A stretch of 64,000 bases of DNA, taken from NCBI RefSeq assembly GCF_009914755.1, contig NC_060928.1, one strand, 5' to 3'. A program made the position numbers and the translations under genes. This document shows positions 31,935-44,770 of the stretch, piece after piece (position 1 is the stretch's first letter; every line of letters begins with the position of its first letter). The notes under the pieces are model-generated. The model had not been told where the DNA came from. It worked only from the letters and a program-made list of their open reading frames with translations, and searched no databases. Source of the stretch: the human T2T-CHM13v2.0 reference genome, Homo sapiens.

Positions 31935-32790
31935 AATCTTGAATAAAAGACACCAAAGGCATAAGAAAACAAACAGGAAAATGACAAATTGGACTTCATG
32001 AAAATTTTTAAAAATATTTGCATCAAAAGAGACCAGTAAAAGAGTAAAAAGGAAACTCACATTTTGGGAAAATATATTTTCAAGTCACATATCTGATAAA
32101 ATATGAATAACCAAAATATATAGAGAACTTCTAACAAGAAATAAATATATGAGCCAATTAAAAAATGGGCAAAGGATTTTAATAGACATTTCTCCAAAGA
32201 AGATATACAAAAAAAAAGCACATAAAAAGATGTTCAATATCACTAATACTTAGGCAAACGCATATCAAAACTCCAATGAGATACTACCTCACACCTATTA
32301 GAATGGCTACTATCAAAAACAAAATGAATGAAAAATACAATAGTAAGTGTTGGCTAAGATGTGGAGTAATTAGAATCTTGTCCACTTTTGAAGGAATGCA
32401 AAATGGTACAATTGCTGTGGAACTGAGCAAAAAATTAAAGACGGAATTATCATATAATCCAACAATTCCATTTCTGAATATATATATATATTATATGCGT
32501 ATCAAATACTATATGATTCTTCTTACATGAGGTACTTAGAGAAGTCAAAATTATAGAGGCAGAAAATAGGATGGTGGTTGTCAGAGACTGTGGTAATGGT
32601 AGGATAGGTTATTGTTTCATGAGTATAGAGTTTCAGTTTTACAAGGTGACAAGAGTTATGGAAGTAGATGGTGGTAGTGGTGGTATGGCATTATGAATGT
32701 ATTTAATTGCACTGAGCTGTATAGTTAAAAATGGTTAAGATAGTATACTTATTTCATGTATATATTATTACAATTAAAATATTGGGAAAA
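31935..32790 (+). mobile_element. L1MB-type ORF2 end and 3' UTR (right part)
   Basis: ORF 32276 'MRYYLTPIRMATIK...KCWLRCG'; L1MB-type 3' UTR 'gagtatagagtttcagtttt...aaaaatggttaagat'. Confidence 0.88.
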
Positions 32791-32792
32791 AT

Positions 32793-34870
32793 GTATGGAT
32801 TCCCTTCCCAATTTCTGGGATTGAGATACATTTTCAACCTTTAACTATAGAATAAAATTGTGACTGGTATCCGGGAGAAAGGATTTTACAACTACAGAGC
32901 TAGTATATACCTAATGATGTTCCAGTTTGTCCTTAATGGAGCATAAAGTCTTTGCTTATGTGCACTGTATGCTGGGGAATGCAGAATAGCAGACATTTTG
33001 ATAACTACTGGAAAGAGAGTTTTAGATAACATTGATACCCAGAGACTCAAAGCATCATCATGGTCCCCTGTTAGAATGGTGGTATGCAGGAGCTATGTAA
33101 AACGTGAAGGCTGGACTGAAGTCCAGCCTACAGCAGGTCTACAAGGGCCATGGACTCACTTGATGGTCAGTTTCTAATATATAATTGTAATTGCCATACT
33201 TGGAAGTCGGAACAACCTTCATATTAGATTCTTGACCACTGGGGTAAATGCTTTCATAGTGGAGAAGGCCAAATGGGAGCTTCTGAAACCATAACTCTTT
33301 GACCAAGGTAGAAAATTAAAAAATAAAAAGGAATATAACCTTTTTGTTAGTGGGGGTCAGAAGGAGGTGAGTGGTGTACTTTAGTGTCACCCTTAGGTAT
33401 CTCTGAAGAATGTAGGTTGATAATATAACTTCATTTAATTTACCAGTCGAGATGATATGGGAGTGCTGGGAAGGGAAGAGTATAGTCCCTTTAAATGTTA
33501 GGGAAGCGAGGAAGGGAAGTGCTGGGTAAAGGAGGGCGTGGTCCCTGGCTAGGGCTCTGCCCCATGGACCTAGGTGAGGACAGGCATGTCCTGCCCAAAT
33601 GGGGGTTGCATTTCCCAAGATCACCCTGGCCCCCCACACCCCCATCCTGGGCCTATAAAAACCTGAGACCCTAGCAAGGCAGAGACAGAGGCAGCTGGAC
33701 ATCGAGAGGACATCGAGAAGAGCACACTGGAGGAAGAGCATACTAACAGATGCCTGCATGCTGGCAGGCCATCGACCATGAAGGGATGAGGTGGAGTTTG
33801 ACTGGGCAGTTGGAGGAGAGCTGGGGAAGCCAGGTGGCCTAACACCAGGGGAAAACCGTCTCCTTTCTGGCTCCCCCATCAGCTGAGACCTACTTCTACT
33901 CAATAAAACTTTACACTCATTCTCCAAGCCCACATGTGATCCATTATCCTGGTACACCAAGGCAAGAAACCCTGGGATACAAAAATCCTTCTGTCCTTGT
34001 GATAAAGATGGGGGTATAATTGAGCTGGTTTACACAAGCCACCTATAGACAGCAAGCTAAGAAAGTACCCTGTAACACATGCCCACAGGGGCTTCAGGAG
34101 CTGTAAACATTCACCCATAGACACTGCCTTGGGGTCGGAGCGCCAGAGCCTGCCTGTCTGTATGTTCCCTTAGAGGTTTGAGCCGCAGGGCACTGAAGAA
34201 ATTAGCTACACCCCCATTACACACACTGCGAGAGGGACAAGGGAACCTTTCTTGCTTTATAGACACTGCGGGAACCAAATGGATTCTGGATTACTGCAAG
34301 CTCAGCCAAGTGGTAAGGCCAATTTTAACTGCCATGCTAGATTTGATATATTTACTAGAGCATATTAATACAGTCTGAGTACATGATATGTGGCCTTTGA
34401 CTTGACAAGTGTGTAGTGTGTATGTGTTTAATTTCAGTCAAGAAAGGAGGACACAGTAATTCTTATTCATAAGGTGTGATAAGCCACAAATGGAGTCTCC
34501 ATGTGACAGTGATAGAAGATGTGCGTGGGCCCAACAGTGTAAACTGTTCTTCTTAAGACTTATCTAGTTATTGTCACCACTTACTGCCCAATATGACAGC
34601 AACAGAAAATAATAATGAGCCCTTGATATAGCATTATTTCTAATAGGAAGAAACCAGCTCGTTGGTTTTAAGTCTGTTTTGCTAAGTCTCTTCCATTTTA
34701 GAAGGGTCTACAATTTATTCTCAAAATAACAGACACCTATTCTGGTCATTTCCTGTCCAGAGGGCCTCAGCTGGCACCATGCTATGAAGGCTTATTATGT
34801 ACTCACTCCATAGACATGAGGGAATCTCATTCCTCCCAGAATAAAGACTTCTGTCACTTCACAAAGTAAG
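32793..34870 (+). mobile_element. ERVL internal resumed: decayed protease/RT (pol), split by LTR1
   Basis: 'acattgatacccagagactcaaagcatcatcatggtcccctgttagaatgg' (TLIP.D.K.HHGP..), 'ggagaaggccaaatggga' (KAKW), RT remnant 'DYCKLSQVV.PI..AM.D.I.LLE.INT' in ORF 34178. Confidence 0.8.
33453..34259 (+). mobile_element. LTR1-family solo LTR (LTR1B-like, ERV1/HUERS-P2)
   Basis: 'tgatatgggagtgctgggaagggaagag...ggtccctggctagggctc', TATA 'cctataaaa', 'aataaa'; 4-bp near-TSD gaga/taga. Confidence 0.8.
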
Positions 34871-35104
34871 CCACCAAGACCACTAGAAATGTTAGGTGAG
34901 TGTGGAGAAAAATATGGAAGGGATATTGAAACAAAAAGATAACTACTAGTAATCAAAGGACCTGACCAGGAGCTAAATTTCATTTCCTTAACCTGCTTTT
35001 TTTCTTTTTTTTCCATGCCCGCCTTTAGAAAATGAGGCTCAATTGAAACCCATAAAAGTTCCTCTCCAAATATATATGAAGTATGGGGCCCATATGGCAT
35101 AAGT

Positions 35105-35530
35105 ATTGGCCTGTTGCAACACTAAAAATTCACCCGTTAGCCTTTCAAAAACTTTCTTCCAGCTGCAGCAACTTTATAATGGCTGCAACTTTCCATCTAG
35201 GCCACGCTCTTCACAAGGAAGCACAGACAATGACTGTGCCTGGAAGGAGCACTGAAACTTGACCATTTTTTCTGATGACGGGACTCTTGTACCATAAATT
35301 TTTTGCTCTAGATCTGTGTTTTGAGGTAGAAACCTTATTAAATCTGTGTCACAGTCTGAGCGTCTCTCTGCCCGATTCTCCTTCCTGTTTCCTTTTCACA
35401 GGTGCCAGATGAGCATTGCAATCTGACTCCTTTCCCTAAGGAATCCTGCTTCCTTCCCCTTAATTATTTGCAGGTATTACCCTAAGTGAACTTTCTGCAC
35501 TCTTAACACCTTAGCGTACGCTACCTAAAT
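35105..35530 (+). mobile_element. LTR16-type ERVL LTR, probably the 3' LTR of the ERVL above
   Basis: 'cctttcacaggtgccagatgagcattgcaatctga...tcctgcttccttcccctt...gcaggtattacc'-type LTR16A 3' motifs. Confidence 0.6.
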
Positions 35531-35584
35531 ATTTTAGTTTATGGAGTTGTATGTGCCCAATGTCTTGTGTTGAGTCTTGTTCAA

Positions 35585-38048
35585 AGTTTTATATAAAATG
35601 TGGAAATGATATTTTGATAGACATATGCACAGTGAAGTTTTTACTTAGATTGTTACTATAGCCAAACAAGTTAACCTATCTGTCACTTTCCTTAGTTACC
35701 TTTTTTGGTTTTGTGGTAAGAGCATCAGAAATCTACCACTCTCGGTACATTTTTGATATGTAATACTGATATGGACAGGAGGCAGGGAAATACTGGGTAA
35801 AAGAACGTGGTTCCCCAACAGAGGCCCTGTCCTCAAGCTTGGAAAGCACGGCCCTAAATGAGACAAGTCGTTACTATTTTCCCACCCAAATGTTACCTTT
35901 TTGGCCCGCCCGACTTCCCTATCCTGTGCCCATATAAACCCCAGACCTCAGCTGGCAAAGAGACAAGTGGTTGAATGTTGAGAGAAGAAGCAACTGAGTA
36001 TCAGAGACTATGGATAGACTCAGCTTAACTTTAGATGGCACGACTTCAGAGAGGAGCCCAGCCATCTCTGGCTAAATTTCAGGGAAAGATCACCTTCTTC
36101 CCGCTCCATCCCCTTCTCAGCTCCCCTTCCACTGAGATCTACCTCCACTCCTTAAGAAAATCCTCTGCATTCCTCACCTTTCAAACCATTCATGTGAGCT
36201 GATTCTTCCTGGATGCCGGACAAGAATTCGGGATACAATGGTTGTGGGAACCCAAAAAGCCTGTCACACTGACTCTTCCCTGAGCTGTTTAACACTTAAG
36301 CCATCTGCGGACAGCAAAGCTAAAAGGGCATTAATTTTAACACACCTAGACACTGCCATGGGGCGGGAGCCCGAAAGTACTCACCCGCGGCCCAGCACTT
36401 GCTCACCTACGTGCTCCTGCCTGTAAGGGGTTGAACCCAACGGGTTCAAGAAAGTGAAGTTCATCCCTGCTGGCGCTGAAGTGACTGGCTGGACTTAGAG
36501 CAGGTGCAATCTAGTTCGAGCCCTTGAAAGGGTCAAGGTAACCGTTTCTTCTCAATATTACTCAGTTTTACTAACTGTAGTCCTTATGCTGTACATTAGC
36601 TCTTTAGACTTATTCATTGTATGTAACTGTGAATTCATATTCTCTAACATATTGTTTCACATTTTCTCCCTGCTCCCTACTCCTGGTAACCACCATTCTG
36701 TTCTGTGTTTCTATATATTTGACTTTTTTGTAGATTCCATATGTAAGTGAAATCTTGCAGCATTTTTCCTTCTGTGTTTGGCTTATTTCACTTAGCCTCA
36801 TGCCCTCCGGTTTCGTCCATACTGTTGTAAATGGCAGTTACCGTTCTCTTTTTTAAGGCTAAATAGTATTGCATCAAGAAGACATATACACCACAGTTTA
36901 TTTATTCATTCATGTGCTGGTAAATACTTACGGTGTTTTATACCTTGACTGTTACGTATAATGCAATAAACATGGGAGTACAGACAACTCTATGAGGTGC
37001 TGTCTTCATTTTCCTTCGGTATGAAATCAAAAAGATTGCTGAGATATATGCTTTACTATTTTTAAGTTTTGGAGGAACTTCCAGACTGTTTGCCATAATG
37101 GCTGTACCAATTTCTTTTTCCTCCAATTGTGTGCAGAGGTTCCTTTTTCTCCATATCCTTGCCAACTCTTGGTATAGTTTGTTGATAATAGCTATTCTTA
37201 CATGTATGAGATGATAACTTACTGTAGTTTTTATTTGCATTTCCCTGATGACAAGTGATATTGAAAATATGTCTGTATACCTTTGGGCATTGGTATGTTT
37301 CCTTTAGAAAAAAATGTCTATTCAGCTCCTTTGCACATGTTTAAATTAGGCTATTTACTTTCTATGTGTTTGCTGAGTTGTCTGAGTTTCTTACATTTCT
37401 TAGGTTTTCTCCTCAGTTGTCTGAGTTTCTTTTGGATATTAAGTCCTTATTAGATATCTCATTTGCAAATTTTTTTTCTGAATTAGTAAGCTGTCTTTTC
37501 ATTTTGTTGATTCCTTCCTACTGATCTGCAGAAACACTATAGTTTCATATAATACCACTTATTTTTGCTTTTGTTGCCTGAGCTTTTGGTGTGATATCCA
37601 AAAAAATGATTGTCAAAGCCAGTATCAAGGGGCTTTTCCCATATGTTTTCTTCTAAGAGCTTCACAGTTTCAGGTCTTACAGTTAGGTGTTTAATTCATG
37701 TTGAGTTGATTTTCAACTCAACTCTGGTGTGAGATAAGGGTGCAGTTTCACTCCTTTGCATCTGGCTATCCAGTTTTTTCAATACCATTTATTAAAGAAA
37801 CTATCCTTTCCCCATTGTATATTCTTGGCAGACTTGTTGAAAATTAGTTGTCTTTATACACTTAGGTTTTATTTTTGGGCTCTCTATTCTGTTTCATTGT
37901 TCGATGTGTCTGTTTTCATGCCATACCATACATTTTGATTACTGTATCTTTTGCAATATAAATTGAAATCAAGAAGAGTGAGTTCCTCAACTTTATTTTT
38001 CTTTCTCAAGATTATTTGGCTATCTGTGGTCCTTTGAGGTTTATGAAT
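35585..38048 (-). mobile_element. L1MA (MA8/9-like) 3' UTR and ORF2 end, split by LTR1
   Basis: 'ctgtacattagctct...cctggtaaccaccattctg...gattccatatgtaagtga...gcttatttcacttagc'; ORF 36938 'MQIKTTVSYHLIHVRIAII'. Confidence 0.9.
35767..36554 (+). mobile_element. LTR1-family solo LTR
   Basis: 'tgatatggacaggaggcagggaaatactgggta...cccatataaacccc...ca'; 4-bp near-TSD atac/atat. Confidence 0.85.
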
Positions 38049-39180
38049 AAGTGGATTTACTTCTGAAATGCAAGGTTTATTTAATATGTGGAAGTAAGTA
38101 AATTCATATTAACAGAATGAAAAATAAAAATCACATAATTTTCTCAGTATACATAGAAAAAGCATTTGATTAAGTTCAACATCCTTTCAGAACTAAAAAC
38201 TCTCAGCCAAATAGGTGTATGAGGAAATTTCCTCAACTTAAAAAAGCCATTTATTAAAAGCTCAGCTAAACTCATAATCAGTGGGAGGAAAACCAAAAAC
38301 TTTTCCTCTAAGATTTGGTACAAGGCAAGGATGTCCACTCTCACCACTTGTAATTCACATAGTACTGGAAGTTTTAGAAAGAGCAATCAGATTTTTAAAA
38401 GAAATAAATGCATCTAAATCAGAAAAGAATAAGTAAAATTATTTGTGTTTGCAGATGACATAACCCCATGTGTAGAAAATCCTACTCTATCATAAAACTG
38501 TTAGAACTAATACACAAATTTAGTAAATTAATTGGATACAAAATCAACATACAAAAATCCATTGTGTGGTGGCTTAGGCCTGTAATTCCAGCACTTTTGG
38601 AGGCTAAGGCAGATGAATCACTGGAGATCAGGAGTTGGAAACCAGCCTGGCCAACATGGTGAAACCCTGTCTCTACTAAAAATACAAAAATTAGCAGGGT
38701 GTGGTGGCTCATGCCCGTAATCCAAGATACTTGGGAGGCTGAGGCAGAAGAATTGCTCGAGCCCAGGAGGCTGAGGTTGCAGTGAGCCGAGATCCTGCCA
38801 CTGCATTTCAGCCTGGGCGACAGAGTGAGACTCTGTCTCAAAAAAAAAAAAAAAAAAAAAAGTAATAGCAATAATAAAAGAACAATGAAAAAAAAAGAAA
38901 TCAAGAAAACAGTCTCACTTATGAGCATATCAAAAAGAGCAAAATACTGAAGAATACATTTAACTGAGGAAGTGAAAAATCTGTACACTGTAAACTATAA
39001 AGCACTGGTCAAAGAAACTGAAGAGGACACAAATAAATGGACACAAATAAATGGAAAGATATCTCTTGTTCATGGATTGGAAAAATTAATATTCTTGTCC
39101 ATACTATCTGAAGTGATATACAGATTCAACACACTTCCTATCAAAATTCCAATTGCATATTACATAAAAAAGAACAAAAT
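38049..39180 (+). mobile_element. Inverted 5' segment of the same L1MA (ORF2 RT region)
   Basis: 'gaaaaagcatttgattaagttcaacatcc', 'tgtgtttgcagatgaca' (FADD), ORF 38972 '[22 protein letters not shown]'. Confidence 0.88.
38564..38862 (+). mobile_element. AluS, slightly 5'-truncated, within L1
   Basis: Dimeric Alu with poly(A). Confidence 0.93.
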
Positions 39181-39711
39181 TGGTTGAGTTATATATAAAT
39201 TTATTACTAAAACATTTCAATAGGGTAAATTTGGCCTATCATAAGTGCTATTTGTTAAATTGCAAATTCAATCATGTGACTTATTTTCTTAAATTTCTTA
39301 AATATCTTCCCCAAACTTAGAGGTTTTATGTTCTTCTCGATGTAAGGTAAAATTAAAAGATAGTATATATACATATGCAAAACCACAGGATCATCATAGC
39401 ATATCTTCTCAATATCTGTTTTGCTTATTTTGAAGGAATTGGTATTAAAGTTAATATTAAAGAATAAATGGCAAACATGCAAAAATTGTAGGGATAAAAT
39501 ATGAGTTTAAAAAGAAATGCTATTTTTGCATCAAAATGTTCTGAGCTTAAGCAATTTCCCCAGAGGCAAAATGTTTCATATTATCTTAGATGAGCCTTAA
39601 GGTGCACTTTTGTGGAGATGTTTAAAAATATTTGCTTTATCACATAAAATCCAATCACTTTGGCTGGCTACACAAAAACCCCAACCTCACTCTTGGAAGT
39701 ACTCACTTTCT

Positions 39712-40003
39712 CTTTTTTTGAGAGGAACTCTCTCTCTGCTGCCCACCTGGAGAGCAGTGGCGCCATCTGGGCTCACTGCAAGCTCCGCCTCCCGAGTTCA
39801 CGCCATTCTCCTGCCTCAGCTTTCGGAGTAGCTGGGACTACAGGCTCCCGCCACCATGCATAGCTAATTTTTTTTTTTTTTTTTCAGTAGAGACGGGGTT
39901 TCACCATGTTAGCCAGGATGGTCTTGATCTCCTGACCTCGTGATCTGCCCGCCTGGGCCTCCCAAAGTTCTCGGATTACAGGCGTGAGCCACCGCCCCCG
40001 GCA
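39712..40003 (-). mobile_element. AluY-type
   Basis: 'gcaagctccgcctcccgagttcacgccattctcc', 'ttagccaggatggtcttgatctcctgacctcgtgat'; 17-bp TSD ggaagtactcactttct/ggaagtagtcactttct. Confidence 0.95.
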
Positions 40004-43000
40004 GGAAGTAGTCACTTTCTACCACGTGTTGTAATAACCCAAATCTCATCGATTGTTTTCTCATATGTCTGTGATTTTGTATACTTTCTTTTTCTGCTTA
40101 GAATTTGGTCCTACTAGTTCTTGGTGCAAAAGTGTTTTTCCTGCCTGAATTGTATAAATTCAAATAATTAGTAGTAGAAAATCTGCATTTGTTAATTAGT
40201 TTGAGGGTTAGGCAGAATCTGAGGGCAATCAATGTCTCTGAAAGCTACATGACAAATAGGTCCCAGGCTAATCTCCCATGTCTGAAGGATCTTTCAGGAT
40301 GGCAACAGGGATGATGGCCAACTTTCGAGTCATCTTTGCATTCTTAAACTGCCTTCTTGAAAATAATTATTACACTATGTGGAAACTTTTTAGTTGTTTA
40401 TCTTCACTATAAGATTCTTGGGCAATTTTATGTAGGGCTGAGCCATAGCATTCTTCCTTATCTTTCCTGCTTAGCATGGTGTTCATTATTTGGTAAACAT
40501 GAGTAAATGTCTGATTTACTAAGATAGTATATTTTATTGTCTCAAAAATGCTAAATTGTTGCTACTAATTTAAGTAAATAAAAAATTCCACTAACCTTGA
40601 AAACTTAACCTAAAGCAAGCCAGATGTTAAAACTTGATGCTGATAACCTGATGAGAAAGCAGTTTACCTATACTGAGTGTAGTATTACATACTACACAGG
40701 TACTTCCAACTTAGGATTGGTGGAACAATTTAAGTAGAGAAATAAAAGACGTGTCTCCAGTGTTTTAGTATGTTTCTAAGGATAACTAAGATTCAAAGGG
40801 AGCAAAAGAGAAAGAGTTGTTACTGTTAAATAACAGACACATAAATCTTAATCATAAAACAAAGAGACTAGTTCAATTATAGCAAAACTTCTTGTGAGTT
40901 ATTGCTTTGGATAGGAAACTTGGATACATTGAAATGCTCTTTTATGTCAAAATCCAATGCTCTTTTATGTCAAAAGCCATTATATTGTGTTTGCCTTTCT
41001 TATTTATGGGAAAGCAAAGTGTCTGTTATAGAATAATGATGGAGGGATGTCGGGAAGAGCTCAGAATATATTCACAGTATAGTGATGATTTTCAGAGTCG
41101 GGATTGGCTTGCAGGATTGCTCTCTTTTCTAGGATGAAAGAAACAAATAAAAAATACATACACACAAATTAATACCAAAAGGTGATGAGAAACAGAAAAA
41201 AAAAGAATATGGTACTATTCACAAGTTGATTTTTAACAAATAGCTTTCTAATGCATTCTGAAAGAAATGTTCCTCTTTATTACAGTCATGGTCAATTTGA
41301 GATTTCTGATCATTTTACTTCCCAAATGTACATAAAGTTGAGAAATTAAGCAGGACATACTAGGGAGAGTTTACTGTAGTCTAGACTTGTGTATTGACTT
41401 TTAAAAGTATATTTGAACTCTCTCCCTGGATGAAACTTGGAAAAAGGATTCCTACAATTTATGCAGACAAACTTGTTAGTAATAGCATAAATGAAATTTG
41501 AGTATATAAATCAAAGATTTGAATCAAAGATGCTTGAATAGTTGAGTACCAATGAGAAACTCAAAGTCCTAACACACTTTTCTTTTAAGCATTCAGTGTG
41601 ATAATTGGTGGATTTCTGGCTATCTTGCTTAAAACCCACTGGTTCACAGTGGATATAAGAATAATTTCAACAGAATAGCATCTTTGAAAGGTCAAGTTGT
41701 TGAAACTTTTGAGGAATGTCAAGTGGAAATCTCAGTACAGTAATTGTGTATTCAGAAAATCTAGTGGTCTGAAAAAAAGAAAAAAACACAGCATAAGTTA
41801 CAACTGTCAAAAATTGGCATTTGTATTTGCTGCTTTCATTATTTTCCCCTACACAAGGGGAAAGCTATAAACTAAATTTGCTACATCTAAAACTTCCAAA
41901 TATCTAACAAATTTGGTGAGTTTATATATCATCGTTACAAATACAAGCATGTTTTATACATTTAAATAAATTTTTCATATTCTAGGGTTTTTATTAAATG
42001 GCTTTTATACATAAAATCATTTCATGTTATAGCACACATTTTGTTTTGAAAACTACCATCTAGATTTGGAAAGGAAGGGCTAGTACTCTGGATTCCAACA
42101 GGCCATTTATTTAATACTTGCAATGCCTTCCTCACCATTCCCTCCCACTCAATTCTCGTCACTATCTCCTTAGTTCAGATGCCTAGCATCAATGAACAAT
42201 TGCAGTACTCTAATATCTAATCTCCTTATCCTAAATTTATTAGAAGAAACTTAGAGATTTTAAACACTTTAATGTGAGGTAAGAAACACAATGTATGAAT
42301 AGGGAGCTGAGCAACAACGCACTTGGATGTATTTATTTTTTTCAAAGTCTTCTTACTCCACAATCAATTTTTTAACCTCCAAATTCCCTTCATTTTCATT
42401 CAATTTTATGAACTTCTGGGATTAACTTTCTATGTTATGATAGCCTGACATGTTTTTATTTATTTGCTTTTATTGTTAATAATAGCATTTATTGACTATT
42501 CTTTAAGGAATTCAATAGTCATTATTTTTAAGAATTGCAGAATACATGATACAATGAAGAACAAACAATAATTTATAATAACAGTATTCAGATTGCTCTT
42601 GATCTGTAAATGTATTTCATCTCCTCCCAGACATTGAGTGTGCTCTCACCTGCTAACCCCAGCACTGATTCTTGACCCCAAATCCGGCAACTCGCTTGTG
42701 TCACTTGACTCATGTCATTCATAATGCATGGAACCTTATAAACATTCTCCTCCTCCTCTTATTTAGCCTGTACTCTTGTTTTTGTTTTCCCTAAGGACAG
42801 GAGTGATTATATCACTGACAATCACTCAACAACATTAGTATCATATCAGTGACAAAAGCACTAACAAAATTAACAGAATTTGTGTGGTTCTCTATGTCTA
42901 AAGAAGAAAATTTACTGGACCATTAACTCACAGGACACATTTGGAATCTTGGTAGAGTTAGAGATTGCAATCCAAGTGCCATCTCAATGTGAGAATGTTT

Positions 43001-43864
43001 TGCTATGGGAATGTGATTTATACCCTGAATCATCTTCCTTCTCTTAATATGTCACTGCTCAAAATGAAGCTGATACGTATTTAGGAATGTTAACACCAAT
43101 ATTATAACGCGTGTTCCTCAAGGTTAACTACTCATGGGTCTGAATAGAGTCACTTCAAAACTCATATTCGTGGTTCTTTTCACAGCCTATTTTTTAAAAC
43201 CTGCCCATTGTTTCAATAATATAATAGTTCTTGCATTTTTTTCCCAGGGATCATTTTAGAAAGTTTCCTAGTGTGTGAACATGAATTATATATACCTTAT
43301 ATATGCAATTCTTCCTCCTTTTCCCTCTCTCTTCCCAACCCAATTGTCTTAACACACTTCTGGTTCAAGGCTTCCAATGTCTGCTAAACTGTCTAAAGTT
43401 TCCTTGATAGGTGTGTCTTTGGAGCCCATAGAAAAGCCACTTCCACTTGGGTCTCATCAAGCTCTGCTCCTCCTGGGCTCTGCTACCACCTATTCTGAGG
43501 ATAGCACTTCCCAGGCATCATTGTCCCTTTTGCCCATAGGCCACCTTCACTGAGCAGTGCATGATCTGTCAAGCATGACTGCTCCTTCACTAGGTTTTAC
43601 CATTTCTTTTTGTTTGAGCCAACTTTATGTCCAAGCTATGTTCATCAGGAGAATTAAATCTGTGTGGCTAACATGTAAAGTAGAGCATGAAAGAGTTTCT
43701 TTTTATAAAGGGATGAAAAGTATCCCCTCTGTCTATAAAACACCATGTGCCTTCCAAAGCACACTATGTTTAATATTAGTGCTGAGCATGGTAGCCACTA
43801 CTTATTAGCAACACAAGTCCCACTTTTCATAACACTTTTAGAGAGATATGATTCACATCTTTAC

Positions 43865-44760
43865 TGAGATATGATTTTTAAGCAAACAACCTGCATATAC
43901 TTAATGTATACAATTTGATGAGCTTGTACATATGTGATACCATTGCCATAACAAATGTAATGAATCTATCCACATAAAACCAAAAGTGTTCTTGAGTCTC
44001 TTTTCTTGTAGTAAGAACTTGTAGTAATATTTCCTAAGCAATCATGGTGCTTTAAGATCTAATTAAGATCTACTCTGTTAAATTTTCATGCACATATTGA
44101 AGCAGTTTAAGGTCAATGAAGCAGGCTCATTGTCTGAGGTGTTATCCATAATTCTTGTCTCAGGACCAAGAAAAATAAGGAGCATGGACACCAAGAGTGA
44201 GGTTTGAGTGAAAGTTTAATAAGCAAAAGAGGAAAGCTCTCTGCAATGGAGAGGGGGCCCAAGAGGGTTGCCACTTTACAGTTGAACACAAAAGCTTTTA
44301 TAGGAAATTCCCCTTATCTGTGTAGCTGCCTGTGTTAAGTGCCCTTATCTGTGCAGCTGTGAGCACGTGTTAAGCAAGCCTCCTCCCTGTGCAAGACAAG
44401 TTCCCATGGAGCCCACAATGTATACATCCATAGAAGGGGAGGAAACATTTTCCTGGGAGCCCGCTGATTACACAAAGTACAAAGGCATTTCTTTGTTGGG
44501 TCTTGCTCACTTATCTGTGCAGCTACAGCTTGATTTTTCATGCTGTTTCTCTGTTTAAAAGAATTCTACTGAGGACCTGCCTTAACTGTCTGCCTGTTTT
44601 TTTTTTCCTTTTCTCCTCTCTCAATATCTTTAGTATAGGCACTATGTTGTAGAGTATCTCTCTAAAACTTACTCACCTTGTATAAATGTAACATTATACC
44701 CATTGAACTACAACTTCCCTATCTTCTGCCAACGTCCACTCTATTTTCTGCTTCTGTAAG
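43865..44760 (-). mobile_element. L1MA/MB 3' end fragment split by an LTR
   Basis: 'ctgcatatacttaatgtatacaatttgatgagctt...aagatctactc' resumes 'taggcactatgttgtag...aaacttactcaccttg'. Confidence 0.7.
44098..44623 (-). mobile_element. ERV1 solo LTR (tentatively LTR15-like)
   Basis: TG...CA ends, perfect 4-bp TSD atat, repeated 'cttatctgtg(t/c)agct' motif, 'tttaataagc' and 'cttttata' antisense poly(A)/TATA signals. Confidence 0.7.
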
Positions 44761-44770
44761 TTCTAATGAC

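Noticed and set aside
33316-33960. Longest ORF in the window (214 aa, minus strand)
   Set aside because: Lies antisense within a GC-rich LTR1; no recognisable domain
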